Counted from the stretch's first letter, positions 1 through 13,885 are shown. The stretch: DNA of 64,000 nucleotides from Camelus dromedarius (GCF_036321535.1 NC_087437.1:59770001-59834000), one strand, 5' to 3'. Translations and numbers: made by a program. The notes: a model not told the origin generated them from the sequence alone.

Positions 1-734
1 GGCCTCCAAGCAGCAGGGCTTGTACATCACCGCTCGGGAGCAGCTTAAATCTGGTGGGAGCCTTGGGGCCCAAGCAGGAGACCACAGGGCCTGCAGCCAG
101 CAGGCTGGGCTGGTGAGGGCCATATGCAGGGGGCCTCAGCTCAGCTCCAAGATCCTGCCCTTTCCCTGGAGTTAGGCTGAGGGAGGGACTTTCTTCAGGG
201 TAAAGACAAAGCCAGAGTCACCTTCAGAACTGGCTCACTGCTCCTCCCACGGCACTAGGGGACACAGGAGAGAAGTACCCAGGACACAAGCTGGGGTGTT
301 TTCTGGGACAGTGAGCAGAACAGAGGCGTATGTGGTAAGGGTGATGGGGAGGGGCACATGTGGAATTTAATCTTGTGTCCGGAATTGAGATCAGTCAATC
401 TAGCCCGGCACCCTTCACCCTGCTGTGGCTGACCCAGGCACAAAGGCCACCGAGCTACCAGTAAGTATGTTACTTCTCAAGCCTAGAAGCAATCCGTGAG
501 CCCGCCCACTTCATCTAAGCTGAGCTCTACCTTTGCCCCTGCTGTCCTACAAGTTCGTGGCCTAGGTTTTGGTCAAGGGTAAAACTACCGATCGGCACAT
601 TGACATAAATACTGGGGGTCTCCCACCTGTCAGGCACAAGGCACTGTGGAGGCGGACGGCGACAGGCCAGATGCAGGCCCTGCCTTGCAGGAACCTGTCC
701 CGGGCAGCAGCACTGCTTAGATGTCACTATGCCA

Positions 735-842
735 GGACTCACCTGGGGTCTGGTTAAAATGCAGGTTCCCACTCAGATGCTGCATTTCTGACAAGTTCCC
801 AGGTGATGCTGATGCTGCTGGCCCCAGGATCACACTCAGAAG
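735..842. mobile_element. MER5A-like hAT-Charlie MITE fragment
   Basis: ttaaaatgcaggttccc...tgcatttctgacaagttcccaggtgatgctgatgctgctgg...cacact resembles the MER5A consensus. Confidence 0.7.
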
Positions 843-1164
843 AAAAGTGGGGTATTTTTAATAATTTTATAAAGAAATGAAAACCACATGAGTAGCAGTG
901 ATATCATTTTATCCTGAAAATGGCCGTGAAATGAGTAGCATGGCCACTTGTAAATGTTATGCTAATACTTGCCGGGCCTTATCACTTTGTCACAGCCCTC
1001 GGGGGGCTGCCCGGGAAATGCTTCCTGGAAGCAGGGCACTTACGGTGCCAGGAGAGGGCCCATCTCAGCCTGCTTCCATCCCCAGGAATCAGCAGTCAGC
1101 CTGGGGTGGAGGGGGAGGCGGGTGTGTATTAGCTGTCCACTGACTGAAAAAATGTTCTGGTGCA

Positions 1165-1330
1165 CCGTGGGGTTGAGAATGCAGGTTCTGGGGCGGACAG
1201 TCTGTGTTCAAATCCTGGTCATCTGCTACCACCCTGGACAAGGCACAAAAGCTCTCTGTGCCGCAGACTTCCTTATGGAAACAGGGTTGTTGAGGGGATT
1301 TTATGAGAGAACGCAGGTACAACGCTCAGT
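1165..1330 (+). mobile_element. MIR SINE, degraded
   Basis: gttcaaatcctgg...accctggacaagg...ctctctgtgccgcagacttcc...gggttgttgagggga follows the MIR core. Confidence 0.55.
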
Positions 1331-2499
1331 CTGGTCAGAGGTGATGGAAGCCAAGGACACGCATCACGTTCAGCGAGAAGCAGTGTGGAATCTTGGCAGC
1401 AAACACACGCTTCCTCTGCCTCATCTGTACGCACAGGGGCCCGAAACCTGCTTCACGTGGCTCCAACCCCCAAGCAGGGCGACCTCGGGCAAGTCACTTC
1501 CCTCCCGGGGCCTCAATTCCTGCGTCTACTAAGGGGATTCATCAGGTCTAGGATCCTTTTCTGAGTCTGTGGCTCCCCACCAGAACTACGACCTACCATC
1601 CGTGAAATTTTGGGGGCGAACTTCAAGGGACTGTAATAGGCACCAAACTCCAGTCATCGATCTGTCTTTAAATGCAGTACCAGTGTGGGAGTACAACATG
1701 GATTTTTTGTTATTGCTTTTGTTTTAAAACCCACGTCCATATTCCAGAGAAGCCCCACCATTGGCCCAGTGTTGGCACCTGGATGCTTCCCAGTTATGAG
1801 CCCCCAGCAACGTGCTGTGGGGGGCTGGGCGTAGAGAGGCAGCACACAGGGCAGTCACTGTATTTGTTTGTTTCTGCTGATCCTTTTACTTTTGTCCTTC
1901 GTGGGCTCACAGATACAGGTTTTAGGAAACAGAAGTGGACTGTTTCCAGCTTTTTGCCTCTCTCCCTCCCTTCCTGGTGGCTTCACCAGATGTGGCTGAA
2001 ACCTGCCCAGCTTCCCCTCTCCTGCTGGTGCACTGTCTCAGCAGTTGCACGGGAAAATTCCTCGTCTCCCCAGAACTCCCTTCCCTCGGTTATCTCAGCA
2101 TAAAAACATGGAACCCCTGTGGGAGTGGGGGTCAAAGCAGGAAAGTGAGGGACCCCTCTGAACCCACCCTCAGCCACACCCCCTCCCCGGCGCATACACA
2201 TGTGAGCTGCTGCCAGCTCCCTCCTGTGGGTCACAGACACCAGGCCTCAGCCCTACACAGCCAGCGAGTTGGCCAAGAAGCTCAGTTCTGATCTCTGCTC
2301 CACCAAGATGACCCCTGGGGCCTCTCCCCCAGGTCTCCCCTGCATCAGAATCTCTCTCCTCATCACCTCCTCAGAAGTCAGGATCATCCAGATCCCTAAG
2401 TCATCAGTAAACACCTGCTTGAAGCCTAGTATGGACCAAGCACTGTACCCAAAATGAGGAGGAGGAGAGGAGTTGCTGCCACTCACTGCGGCCCTTACT

Positions 2500-2620
2500 C
2501 AGCTTTACACACATTCTCTCAATTCCTCACAACAGTATCTATGGTTAGCACTATTTCTACTTTATAGATAAGGAAATGAAGGCTCTGAGAGGTTAAGTAA
2601 TGTGCTTGTGGTCACACAGC
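2500..2620 (-). mobile_element. MIR SINE fragment
   Basis: cctcacaac...tttatagataaggaaatgaaggctctgagaggttaagtaatgtgcttgtggtcacacagc is the reverse complement of the MIR core. Confidence 0.75.
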
Positions 2621-4809
2621 CCTCCCAAGAGGCTCAGCCCAGAGATGCAGTTGCAGGGGCAGGAGGAAGTGCTTAGCACTGAGCTCCCGGAGGGGCCCAT
2701 GACTGTGTGGAGCCTATGGGGTGGGCTCTCATGTCCTGTGCTCTCACCAAGATCAAAGTTAGAGTGAGCAAGGCCTCAGAGAACAGATTCTCAAAGTGCT
2801 TTGGTTCTCAGGGCAGATCTGGTTGGTGGAGCAGAAGATAGGATAGGGGGATTCCACACACCAAGACTGGGGGCGGGGACCCGGACTTCATCAGGATAAT
2901 TCCAACCATGAAGCAGGCTGTGTGTAAGGGCAAGAGGACAGCAGGAGTGAGCCAGCGAGCCCCCGGCGCCAGGTGCACTCGAAGGCAGGAAGCCTGTTTC
3001 CAGCATGGTCCTAGCCATAAAATCCAATAGCTGAAAAAACCTATAGATATCACCAGGGAACACAGAGACTGGAAGTGACTCGCACAAGGTCGCCCAGCTG
3101 GGACAGAAGTGCTCACATGCCCAGGCACCACAAAGCTGCCGGTGACCCTTCCCACACCAGCACAATGGCAGCCTCAGCTTTTGCCTCATGCTTTCCGGAT
3201 TCTGACTAAGGAAAACCACACTCTTTTTTAGGGTCATAGTACATCCAGTTCTTTCCCTAAAATACTGAGGTCAGCCTGCGGTCCCTGTTTTTTTACTTGT
3301 CATCTTCTAGTGAGTTTAACTACCCAAAGGTGCTCTCTGCAAAACTCCCACCCCTGCACACCATCCCAGGACCCCATCGTCCCCCCATCCTTTGTAACCA
3401 AACCACAGGGATCTCCCGCAGGAGCACTAAGGACACGAGACCCCTGTCCTGCAGGGTCCACTTTGGATGGGACAACCAGTCACGAACCTGGAGGTGGCTC
3501 ACCGTGGCTCTTGGCAGGGAAGGCTCTCTGGCAATGTCCCAAACGGGCATCCTGCCAGCCGCAGGAGCTCAGGGTAGGAAAGGGAGGCTACAGAGGCAGT
3601 CACTCTCAAAATACTGAAAACCTCCAGAGTCCGTGCTTCATCTGTGTGGCCACAATGTCTTCATGTGGACATAACCTCTAAAGCAAAGGGCCATCCCCAT
3701 GGGACCTACATTATTCAAGCACTCTAAATCCTCCTGGGTGAGGTCAAGCAGGAGAAGAAACTATTGTCATTTGAAAGTTCAAGCTAAGGACACAAGGAGG
3801 CTTAGCAGGGCCCCTGCAAGATGGTTCAGAGAAGGGTGTGTACTTTGGAGAGAGGCTATCTGGGTTTGCCCCATGGCTCCACCCCTTTCCATCCTCTCTG
3901 CAGGGGATGTGACTTGGGACCAGTGTCAGGATCCCATCTTATCCCTGCAGTGAAGTCACACAGAAAGGGGGCTGGCATTTATCTGTGTGTGCCCCTCATA
4001 CCCCGAGAGCCCTGCCCTACCTGTGGGCTGCAGTGGGCGTTTATGAGCTCCAGTCTGTGTATGGTGACAACCTGGCAGAGTCCAGGGCGGATACACGGAG
4101 ACCGCACCTGTCCTGGGCTCATTCTGACCATTCACCAGTGGCTGGCCTGGGTTTACTTCATGCTCTCAGGCCATGCAACACCTCACTCTTTAGCAGTGGT
4201 GATGGCACAGCTGGGCTCAGCACAGGAAAGAGGTTCTGGATGGCAGGCAGGGCTAGCCTCCTCCTCCACCCTGGGGCAGGCCCGGAGGCAGTGGCTCCTT
4301 TGCTCTGCCTCCTGTGCTGCCCCGGCCTCCTGCAACTTTGTGGTGGCCCAAGGTGCAGAAAGACTGTTCTCGACTTTTTAAGTCTCTCCTCACCTGAGGG
4401 CTGCCTGGGGCCTGCATTAGAAGGCGTCTGTCTAGAGCACACCTGTCCGGGGCCTGCCTGCCCCTGCCCCAACGCAGCCGATGGCGCTTTGTTCCCCGAG
4501 GCCTCACCGCTTGGAACTCCACTGTGCTGTCTTTTATGTTTTCTTTCTCTTAAAGAAAGAAGAAGAAAATCCACAAAACAATCTGTTCTCCTGACAGGCC
4601 AGCTCAGATCACAGACATGCTAGGCTGCATCAAGGAGCACCATTTCCAGGGGGTTATCGGAACTGTCTGGCTCAGAAAACAAACAACTCCTCAAAGGTGG
4701 CCTGGAATCTCAGCCGCTCTCTGTGCCTTGCTTGCTGGGACTGAGGCTCCTCTGAGTCCCTAAACACGCCAGGGACTCCAGCAGAGATGTTCTATTCAAT
4801 AAGCACTGG

Positions 4810-5010
4810 GATTCAGAGCAGGGGCTGCGGAGTCAGGCCTGCGCTGCAGTCTCAGGGCTGCCCCTTCCCAGAGGCCGGGCCTCCAGCCAGTTACTTAACT
4901 CCCTGAGTGTAGTCATCTGGAAGCAGGAAAGAATGAGATCTCTTTTAGGGCCCTTTGAAGCTTAAATCAGTTAAGGTATGCAGAGTGCCAGGGGAGAGCC
5001 TGGCACACTT
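4810..5010 (+). mobile_element. MIR SINE, degraded
   Basis: ggagtcaggcctg...cagttacttaactccctgag...cctggcacac. Confidence 0.5.
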
Positions 5011-5019
5011 ACTAACTGA

Positions 5020-5300
5020 AGAAGCACTTAATGAACACCTCCTGTGTGCAGGACACCGTTCTAGGCCCTGGGAGACAACGCTGAACAAGAAAGACAACTA
5101 TGATTCCTACCCTTATGGAGCTTAGTGTCTGGGGGGATGCAGACCAGCCAGCAGGCAATTATAACTCTGGGTTAAGAGAATGGCATAGCAATGGAGAGCT
5201 TTAGGACCCTAAAAGAGGCTCTTCACCCAGTCTTGAGGGGTTCAAGGAAGGCTTCCTGGAGAAACTGGCATGTGAACTGAAGAGTCAGACAGGTGCAGAG
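5020..5300 (-). mobile_element. L2 LINE 3' fragment
   Basis: gaacacctcctgtgtgcaggacaccgttctaggccctggg...cctacccttatggagcttag...aaggaaggcttcctggag is the reverse complement of an L2 3' end. Confidence 0.7.
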
Positions 5301-7699
5301 TGGAGGTGAGCAGTGAGAGTACACCTGGCCTGGGGAACTGAGGGCGGTCCAGCCCGGCTGGAGATGAGATGGGCGGCGGGCAGGGGCCAGACCAGGAAAG
5401 GTCCTATGAGGAAGGTCGGGGAGGTTGACCTTGATGCTGAGGGGAACAAAGGGTTAAAGTCAGGTGGCTGGTGTATGAGGAAGGTCACTGGCTGCGGTAG
5501 GGGTTAGCTTGGAGGAGTCAGGGCTGGAAGCAGCAAGAGAGCAAGAAAGGCAGGAGGCTGCACAGGAACCCAGGGAGAATGAAGCGATGTCGAGAACAGA
5601 GAGAAGTGGAGGGTCCAGGAGACAGTCAGCCAGCACATGACAGGACTCGAGGATGGCCAGCCGGGTAGAGGGACTGAAGGACAGTAGAAGCTCTGTGCCC
5701 GGGTCTCCGTCTTGAGTGCAGCATCAACAGCAACAGCTATTTAACCATTATCACTGACTTGCACAGGGACACCGGCCAGGTCACCCCCTGCCCGGGCCTC
5801 ACTCTCGCATCTGTACAACAAGGAGACCCTTCCAGCTCAGATGTGCTGTGGCTCTGTGTCACTCATAACCACCTCAGGGCCAGCACCACGCTCGCTCCTC
5901 CTGCCTTTGTGCATTTCTCCAGACACAGGACCAGGCTGGAAGGATGGGGAAGGGGACAGCTGTGAGGCGCTGGCCTGCGGGACCCATTTACACGCTGACT
6001 TCTCTCCAGACAACTGGGAGCAAACCTGCCTCTCCCCTGATCCTTCCAGACCGCTGTCACCCTCACGCTGCCCAGGGCTGGTGAGCTTCCTGCCGCACCG
6101 TGCCAACTTCCTAGGGAGATGTTTTCCCCTTCAAACTGGCAGTGTACCCCTCAGCCACCTCCTTGGATTTGTTCTGCTCAAGTCTTTCCTCCATGCCTTC
6201 TAGATGGTTCACAGAATCTCTGCCGAGCCTGGGGTGCTCCCTCTAAAGGCAGTGAAGAATGGGAACAACCCCCCCTTTTTCCCCAGCCAGCACTCTACTT
6301 AGGTGCCGACCCAGCCATGCCTGGGGCTCCCGGAGCTGGAGGAGCTTTGTAGAGAGGAAATCCGGCCCCAGGGAACACGGGGCCTGTGACTTCTCAGCTC
6401 TCTCTGGGGCGGAGTGCTGGGGCCTGGGCTCAACAGAACAGCCACCTGGGATATGAGTGAATGTGAAGGGTGGAATTCAAAACAAAACAAAACTAGACAC
6501 TAGCCCAAGCCACTACCTGCGGAGAGTAATTAGAATCCTCTGCAAACAACAGCAGTCCGCTGGACGCCACTCCTGGAGCCATTCTTCTGGAACTCTCTGG
6601 CTGTTAGGGCTCCTGGCCGCCCTCTCCCTGCCCTTCTCCCCAAGGCCGCTCAGACTGCCTGACTGCTGACAGAGGAAGAAGTGTCCTGACCCCGGAAACA
6701 CAGCCAGAAAAACTGGGCGCTTATCTCCCCCTGACACACCTGAGGGGCCCTCATCCCACTAATCCTGGTCCCACCAAGGTGGAGGGTGGGTCCTGAGCTG
6801 CTTTGCCCGATGTGGAACCTGCAGGGCCGTCTTGCTGGGGAGGCCCCAGTTCCCAACCAGTTCTCAGTCTGAGTAAAAGCAAGAAGCAACCAGGGCTGTG
6901 GCCGCACGCTGGGAAGGAGGCAAAGGAGAAAAGGAATGAACCCGCTCAGCAGAGCCGGGCCAGGCCCCCACAGAACCCAGCACCACCAGCACCCTGCTTA
7001 CAGCCTCCCCTGGACCCCCGGCCCGGGAGGCCCGTGTCCTCCACACTCCCCTCCCTGCCTGGCCTCTGCCTTGGAGCCGCCTGGCCCCTTGCCCAAGACC
7101 AAGACACCTGCCCACATGCACATAGACTGACAGGGGCCCGGCCAGGCCTCCTGCCACTTACCCTGCCCAGACACATGACAGGGCCGTGACACAGGATGTG
7201 ACCCAACCCCATACCTTGTGCACAGCCAGATGCCTCATGGGATCTCAGGGAAATATGACCAAACTAAGCCCTTCCAGCCTCATGCCCTCCTCCTTAGAGG
7301 ACTGTCCCAGGTGCAGACGTCCCACGGGCTGAGCTCCGAGCCACCCGCCTCTCCCGCAGCCCCTCTCTCAGGACACGTGGGGCCATGGGGCCTGTGCAGG
7401 TGTCAGTCCTTCCCTCTTCACACTGTCTGCTCTTCCACACGGGCAGGAACCAGAGGCTGCAGGCTCAGGGCCTCCCCTGCACAGGCCAGCAGGGTATTTG
7501 TCGACGCCATTCTGATTAGGAAGTGCTGCCTGTCCTCCGCGGCCCTCCTGGGGGGCTCGGCTTGAGTCCACCTCCACGGGAAGGCGCTCTCAGCTAAGCC
7601 TGCTCTCCCCTCACTTCCCCGCTCCGGCTCCTCCTCCTAAGAACCGTGAGATGAGTGGCAGGGCTGCGCAGACTTTATTGTGCGCCCCAAATCGGTGTC

Positions 7700-7800
7700 T
7701 GGAGATCCAGTTAAAATGCAGGTGGGATACGGCAGGTGAGAGGGGCGGGATTCAGCATTCCTGACAAGCTCCCCAGCGATGCTGCGGGCCACACTTTGGG
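7700..7800. mobile_element. MER5-like MITE fragment
   Basis: gttaaaatgcagg...gcattcctgacaagctcccc...gatgctgcgggccacactttg. Confidence 0.55.
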
Positions 7801-8849
7801 TTGGCAGGAGGTAGAGGAAAGAGACTTGGGGGTTGGTCAAACTGGCCGGGTGCCAGCTGCATGGAACCCACCACCACACCTCCAGAGACCGCTGCCGTGA
7901 GGACACCAGGAAGTAATGCAAGCTGACAGCCCCTGACGCCGTGGGCACGCAGAAATGTGATTTCTCATCTTTCTACTTCAGTTTTCTCCCAGTAATAGTA
8001 GGAACGTGATACCTCAGAAGAGAGGTACTACCAGAGAATTAAATGAAATAACAGCTGAACACCGTGGTGCACAGCAGGTGTTGGGTAAGGAGGGTTCCCC
8101 TTCCTTCCCTTCTGCTGTTAGTCTTGGGTCTGGCACAGAACCTGTGTCCTGTATGATCAGGGAGGGGTGTGGGAGGGCCTGAAGGCCTGTCTCTTAGATC
8201 AAGGGTCACATCCAGGTTCGTGCCTGTGGTGCTGGGGAAGGGGCTGTTCAGGTCATGCTGATGGGTGATTCCTCAAGTGACTGTTACTTGGATGTGTGTG
8301 TGAGAAGTGATGCCTGCTAACATGGGAGGAGCCGTACAGAGCAAGGACCTGCAGGCGCCAGCCAGCTTAGAGAGCCCTGGGCGAGGCCCTAAGCCCTGCT
8401 GCCTCCCAAGTCTGGTCGGGGCAGCGACCACTCGAGGGGGCAGTGCGTCCCCCCTCAGTCTCATTCTCACTGCAGGTCAGCAGCTCAACAGAAGAAAGGT
8501 GAGTGCCTTAGAAGCTGCATTAACCAGTCTGGCTAGAAAAAGGACCATCCATCAGAACCTCTCCTCCCCTGTCCCTTTTCCTGGCCTATAGGTATTCAAG
8601 CAGCTTCAGAGGTCTTGCTTATTTCCAGGGAAAGGCTAGGAGCTCAGGGAATCAAGCTCAAAATGTGATATATAGCAGTGTTGCTTCTAAGTTTAAAGGC
8701 AAAGGCAAGAGGAGAAATGAGACTGAGGGCTAATCCATCTTCAGCAAGCATTTACTGATAGCCAGTCTGCATCTTAGCCTCCCCTGTGCCCCACACATTT
8801 ACACAAAAGCAAACCACTTTGATCTTAATCAGAAAATTATGCAGTTTCA

Positions 8850-9780
8850 GCTCATACAACTTAATATTTAAAAAAAAAAGACAACCCAATCAAAAAATGG
8901 GCAGAAGATCTAAATTCTCCAAAGAAGAAATACAGATGGCAAAAGGCACGTGAAAAGATGCTCAACATCACTAATTATTAGAGAAATGCAAATCAAAACT
9001 ATCACCTCACACCAGTCACAATGGCCATCATTAAAAAGTCCACAAACAATAAACGCTGGAGAGATGTAGAGAAAAGGGAAACTTCCTACACTGTTGGTGG
9101 GAATGTACATTGGTGCTAGTATGGAGGGTCCTTAAAAAACTAAAAATAGAACTACCATATGACCCAGCAATTCCACTCCTGGGAATATACTGGAAAAGAT
9201 GAAAACTAACCTGAGAAGATACATGCACTCCAATGTTCAAAGCAGCACTCTTTACAATAGCCAAGACATGGAAACAACCCAAGTGCCCATCAACAGATGA
9301 CTGGCTTAGAAGATGTGGTATATATGTACAAAGGAATATTACTCAGCCATAAAAAGAATGAAACATTGCCATTTGCAGTAACGTGGATGGACCTAGAGAT
9401 TATCATACTAAGTAAATTAGAAAAAGATAAATATTATATGATATCACTTATATGTGGAATCTAAAAAAATGACACAAATGAACATATTTACAAAACAGAA
9501 GCAGACTCAGACATAAAAAACAAACTTATAGTTACCAAAGGGAAAAGGGAGGGGGGACAGGAATAAATTAGAGGTATGAGATTAACAGATACAAACACTC
9601 TATACATCAAATAGATAAGCAACAGGAACTTACTGTATAGCACAGGGAGCTATAGTTAATATCTTGTAATACCTATAATGGAAAATAATCTGAAAAAATA
9701 TATATGTAAATCACTGAATCACTTTGCTGTATACCTGAAACTAACATATTATAAATCAACTATACTTCAATAAAAAAAAT
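8850..9780 (+). mobile_element. 5'-truncated L1 (ORF2 C-terminal remnant, 3' UTR, A-tail), artiodactyl-type 3' end
   Basis: Frameshifted ORF2 remnant (NPIKKWAEDL...FSKEEIQMA...KRCSTSLIIREMQIKT). 3' UTR ctgtatagcacaggg...ctgaatcactttgctgtatacctgaaac, ending caataaaaaaaa. Possible decayed TSD aaaattatgcagtttca (8833-8849) versus aaaatttaagctgtttca (9776-9793). Confidence 0.95.
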
Positions 9781-10012
9781 TTAAGCTGTTTCATATACTT
9801 ATAGAGGGTACCTGCTGAGACTGGGACCACTTAGGGGAGACTGGGGGTTCTGTTTGGTGCAGTTCTAGCCCACATCCAGTGCAGAGGGACAGACGTGGCC
9901 AGAGAGAGACCACTGTAAGGAATGGTGGTGCAAATACAGAGTCCGGGGGCTCTGAGTAGGAGAAACAACATGTGATCCCAAGAAACCACGCTCTGTCCTG
10001 CAGCGCATCCCC

Positions 10013-10014
<2 letters not shown>

Positions 10015-10046
<32 letters not shown>
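10015..10046. repeat. (CA)16 microsatellite with imperfect CA/CG extension to about 10078
   Basis: Directly visible. Confidence 0.95.
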
Positions 10047-10048
<2 letters not shown>

Positions 10049-10934
10049 CACGTGTACACTCACACACGTGCACACGTAGACACAGACATTTCCTCTGCCT
10101 TTTGGAAGCCAACGTTCAACTTCCCAGCAAGTTCTGAGTCATCCTCTCTCCAGAAAGAGGTCCACAGTGGCAAGAAGGCCATTCCTTCTCCAGCCCCAGC
10201 CCTTCTCCATGCCCCGGTAACATTTCACACAGCTATTTAACAAGCAGGGTTGAGGTTTCTTTTAACTGGCAACTAAAATTAGAGCACAGAGATAAGTTTT
10301 GTAAAGCTTGGTTTCCATAGAGGATAACTTTTCTTCTGTGGGTTTGAAAAAATGAGCATCTTGATTGAAACTGTAGGCATCATGTAAACAGTAAAGCCCA
10401 CTCAGTCCTCCAAATGGAGATGGAATGTGAGGATCTTTTGCCTGAGGTTAGAAGTAATGCCAATTCCCATGGCTGGTTTCCAAATTTAAAAAGAAAAAAA
10501 GGTGAAAATGCTAAGATTGCTGTGAACTCAAATGACACCTCCAAGCGCAGACCGTGCTGACTTCTAGCTCACCAGATTTCTAAGACTACCTCCACTTGGC
10601 ATCCAACTTCTGAGGCCTCTTAGTCCTCTGATGTCTTCAAAAGAAAGGAAACGCAGGCAGGTTCAGTTTTTATCCGCCCCCAGGGTGGTCCAGTCCCCTT
10701 TATCAGAACAGTGGCAACTTCAAGTGAGAGGCAGCTCCCGGGACTGGTCACAGAGCTGAGCTGGGTTTGATGCAAAAATATATACACACCTTCACACACA
10801 CACACAGAGGTAACTGACATTTACTAAATGCGTATTACACGCCAGCCACTTTTAAAACAACTTATACAGTGAATTCACTTGTTTCACCCTCACGACTTTG
10901 TGACAGAGGTTACGACAGTGTCAACGATGATGGC

Positions 10935-11160
10935 CAACACTTGTAAAGCAGCACGTGTCAGCACGCGTGAGCGCATTCTTAGCACTTTACACACTTGCAT
11001 TCATTTACTCTTCATAAGCTTGTGAGGGAGGCACAATTATTACTCTTTTATACATGAGAAACCTCAGGCCTATAGAGGTAAAGGAATTTAGCCAAGGCCA
11101 CTTAGCTAGTAAGTGGTGAAGCCTAGGTTGAAACGCAGGCAGCCGGGCCCCAGAGCCCCC
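10935..11160 (-). mobile_element. MIR SINE
   Basis: agcactttacacac...catgagaaacctcaggcc...gccaaggccacttagctagtaagtggtgaagcctaggttgaaacgcaggcag. Confidence 0.8.
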
Positions 11161-11421
11161 CTAGTAATACCATCCTCATTGCCCCTCAGCGGACGGGAGC
11201 GCCCTGGGAACATTCCACCTGGACAAGCACATCCCTGAGCATCTACTCCGCACAGCCCTGCCGCTCCCTCCAGGGGCTCCTGTTCAGCAGGGGAGCACGG
11301 GTGCAGAAAACACCCTAACCTCACACAGAGCAGTCACTTGGGTTGAAAGAGCGCTTCCAACCAAGTGTTCCAGACAGAGGAAGATCAGGCTAGTTGAGAG
11401 GAATCAAGAAAGGCCCATGGA

Positions 11422-11595
11422 AAAAGAGATGAGCAAGAAGGACATACCGTCTAGCGCAGGGAATTACAGCCATATCTTATAATCACCTGTGACGGAGTCT
11501 AGTCTGCACACCTACTGAATCACAACACTGCTCACCTGAGTCAAATACGATTGTATAAGTCAAGAATACTTCAATAGATAAAAAGAAGAAAAGAA
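11422..11595 (+). mobile_element. Short 5'-truncated L1 3' tail with TSD
   Basis: Homologous to the 3' end of the L1 at 8850-9780, with an A-rich tail. Flanked by aaaggcccatgga (11409-11421) and aaaggcccgtgga (11596-11608). Confidence 0.85.
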
Positions 11596-11757
11596 AAAGG
11601 CCCGTGGAGTGTATAGCCTCAGTGATGAGTGAGGAGGAAGGACGGACAGAGGCCAGGGGCCCACCTGGGGGCAGGAGGCCCCACGTGCTCCAGGGCCTGG
11701 CGGAGGCAGAGAGTGACGGAGGAGACAGGTGCTGGGAGCATACGTACAGGGACCACA

Positions 11758-11990
11758 CAGAACAGGCAAATTCACAGAGACAGAAGGTGGACTAGAGGGA
11801 ACTAGGGGCAGAGGGAGTGGGGACCGGGGAGCTATTGCTTAACCGGTACAGAGTTTCTGTTTGGGGTTATGAAAATATTTCAGAAATAGATAGTGGTGAT
11901 GGTTGCACAACCTTGTGAATGGAATTAATGCCAATGAATTGTACACTTAAAAACAGAATGGCAAATTTTATGTTATATATATTTTACCAC
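11758..11990 (+). mobile_element. L1MB-type 3' end fragment
   Basis: aggcaaattcacagagacagaa...gagtttctgtttgggg...gatagtggtgatggttgcacaaccttgtgaat...gaattgtacacttaaaa. Confidence 0.85.
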
Positions 11991-13769
11991 ACACCCACAC
12001 ACAGGAGAGGAGAAGCAACCAGTGCTGGCAAGGTCCCAGGAAGCACCCTCTGGCTGCGCGGGCCTGCTGCTGAGCCTAGGTGCTGGGCTGAGCCATTCCT
12101 TCCCTTCAAGATCTGAGAGCTGGAGCCCCGGTGCCTGGCGAGAGAATCAGATGGCCTCGCCCTCTGCCTGAGTCCCCCACTCCAGCTGCTTACAGGACCC
12201 CACCCAGGGGCCTCCCTGCCCTCTGGCTGCTGGTCTCCAAGCCACCTCCAGGCTCTCGACCCTGCGGGGTTGTGGCTTTCCCTCCCTCATTGCTTCAAGC
12301 TCTGCAATCACTGTCTATCCATTTTCCAAAGCTGTGGGTGCCAAAGGAAAAGCCCCGCAGCGGCGGGCTGTGTAATTAACGTGGAATGTTCCGAGGGAGC
12401 CAAGGACACGTGAAACAGGGGTCAGGCTCTCAAACAGCCGCTTTCTGCTGAAGAGGGGCTATTTTCTCCTCTCCTTCTCCCTTCTTGAGAGATCAGAACA
12501 ATAAACCTCAGCGATAAAGAAGTAAAGCTGTTCTGCTTCACACGCACAAAGCCGGCCCTGGTGCAGGTGCAGGGACTCACAATGGGGGCCACAGCTGGAC
12601 ACACAGTGCTCTGTCTCCTTCACCGCCCGGGCCTCATGACCACAGAGACATATCCGTATACACCATCAGAGCGCCCGTCAACCCAGCAAGGCCACTGACA
12701 CACTGTCAGCCTGCATGCAGTCAGGTCATTGAAAGGGAAATCCATTTTTTACAACAAACTGGTTCACAAGCCCCTTTGTAAAATTAAGCAAAGAGGGAAA
12801 CACTGGATGAAGAATTAAATTCAGTGACTGTATTTGAAATCCTGTTCATTATTGAGGTTCTTAAGAAAAATTTCTGTTTTTTAAATGTAGCTTTGGTAAT
12901 ACTTGGGATCTGTTTATCACTGGGCACAAAAAAGAAAGGGAAGAAAAAAAGTTTCTTTATCTATACTTCGAAAAAAAAAAAAGCCAGATTAAATAAAGTA
13001 CCATAAATAATTCTCCAGAAGAAAAATTTGGTGCTCTGGAATTTCCAACTCCTATATAAAACCTGAGAGCTTGCATTTGAAACTAATCTCTCCACTGCCC
13101 TTGTTCCCACTGCTTCATACAACAGGCTAGATCACTCCTTGCAGCAAGTGGTCCAGCCATGTCCACCCTCCCCTCTTCCACCAGCCGGTGCACCACCCAT
13201 GGACAGGTGGACAGGGCTGCTTTCCTATTCGTCTCTGAATCCCTGGTCTGCAACTAGCTTGGGATCTTGCTCAGAAAATGGGCTTATACTCATGCATGGA
13301 AGTGAGTTACAGCTCAGCATTTTGACCACCAAAATAACAAGACAGAATCATTTAGATAAGATAGGCGTCAGGATTTGACCCCTCCCAGATGGCAGATGTC
13401 TATAGAGTCTTCCATGCTGACATCACGCTCCTCCCTACTTATAGAATGAACTGCAACCCCTTAGCACGACACGAGACCCCCACCATCCAGTCCCTGCCTC
13501 CGCCTGACCACATCCTCCTCTGCTCCCCAGCCCCGCCCCTTGTGCTCATCCAGATGGAAGCAGCTGGAGCCCCTGCAAGTGCCACCTGCCGAGGCCTCTG
13601 TGCTGCTGCTCCTCTTGGCAGCAGTGCCCTTATCCCTCCTTGTCCACCAGGGCCCTCTCTTCATTAACCTCCAGCTCAGAGGCACACCCTCTGCGTAGCT
13701 CCCTCCTCTGGGCCTTGGACTCGTCCATGGCTGTGGCGTCTAAAATCATCCTGTGTGCCTGCGTCCTGT

Positions 13770-13885
13770 CAAGCTGTGAGTTCTCCGAGGACAGGGACTG
13801 TGCCTTTTTATGTCTGAATCCCTGCTGCCCAGCCCTGTGCCCGGCAGGAAGCAGGGACTCAGTCTGCATTTGTTGCAGTGAATTT
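13770..13885 (+). mobile_element. L2 3' end fragment
   Basis: ctgtgagttctccgaggacagggactgtgcc...cccagccctgtgcccggca...tttgttgcagtgaat. Confidence 0.55.

Noticed and set aside
3821..4623. Overlapping 186-aa and 212-aa ORFs
   Set aside because: Several frames are open on both strands because GC-rich DNA has few stops; no recognisable homology
8910..9282. Minus-strand ORFs over the L1 (likewise the ORFs at 37917-38162)
   Set aside because: Antisense or decayed frames of L1 sequence, a common source of spurious predicted proteins
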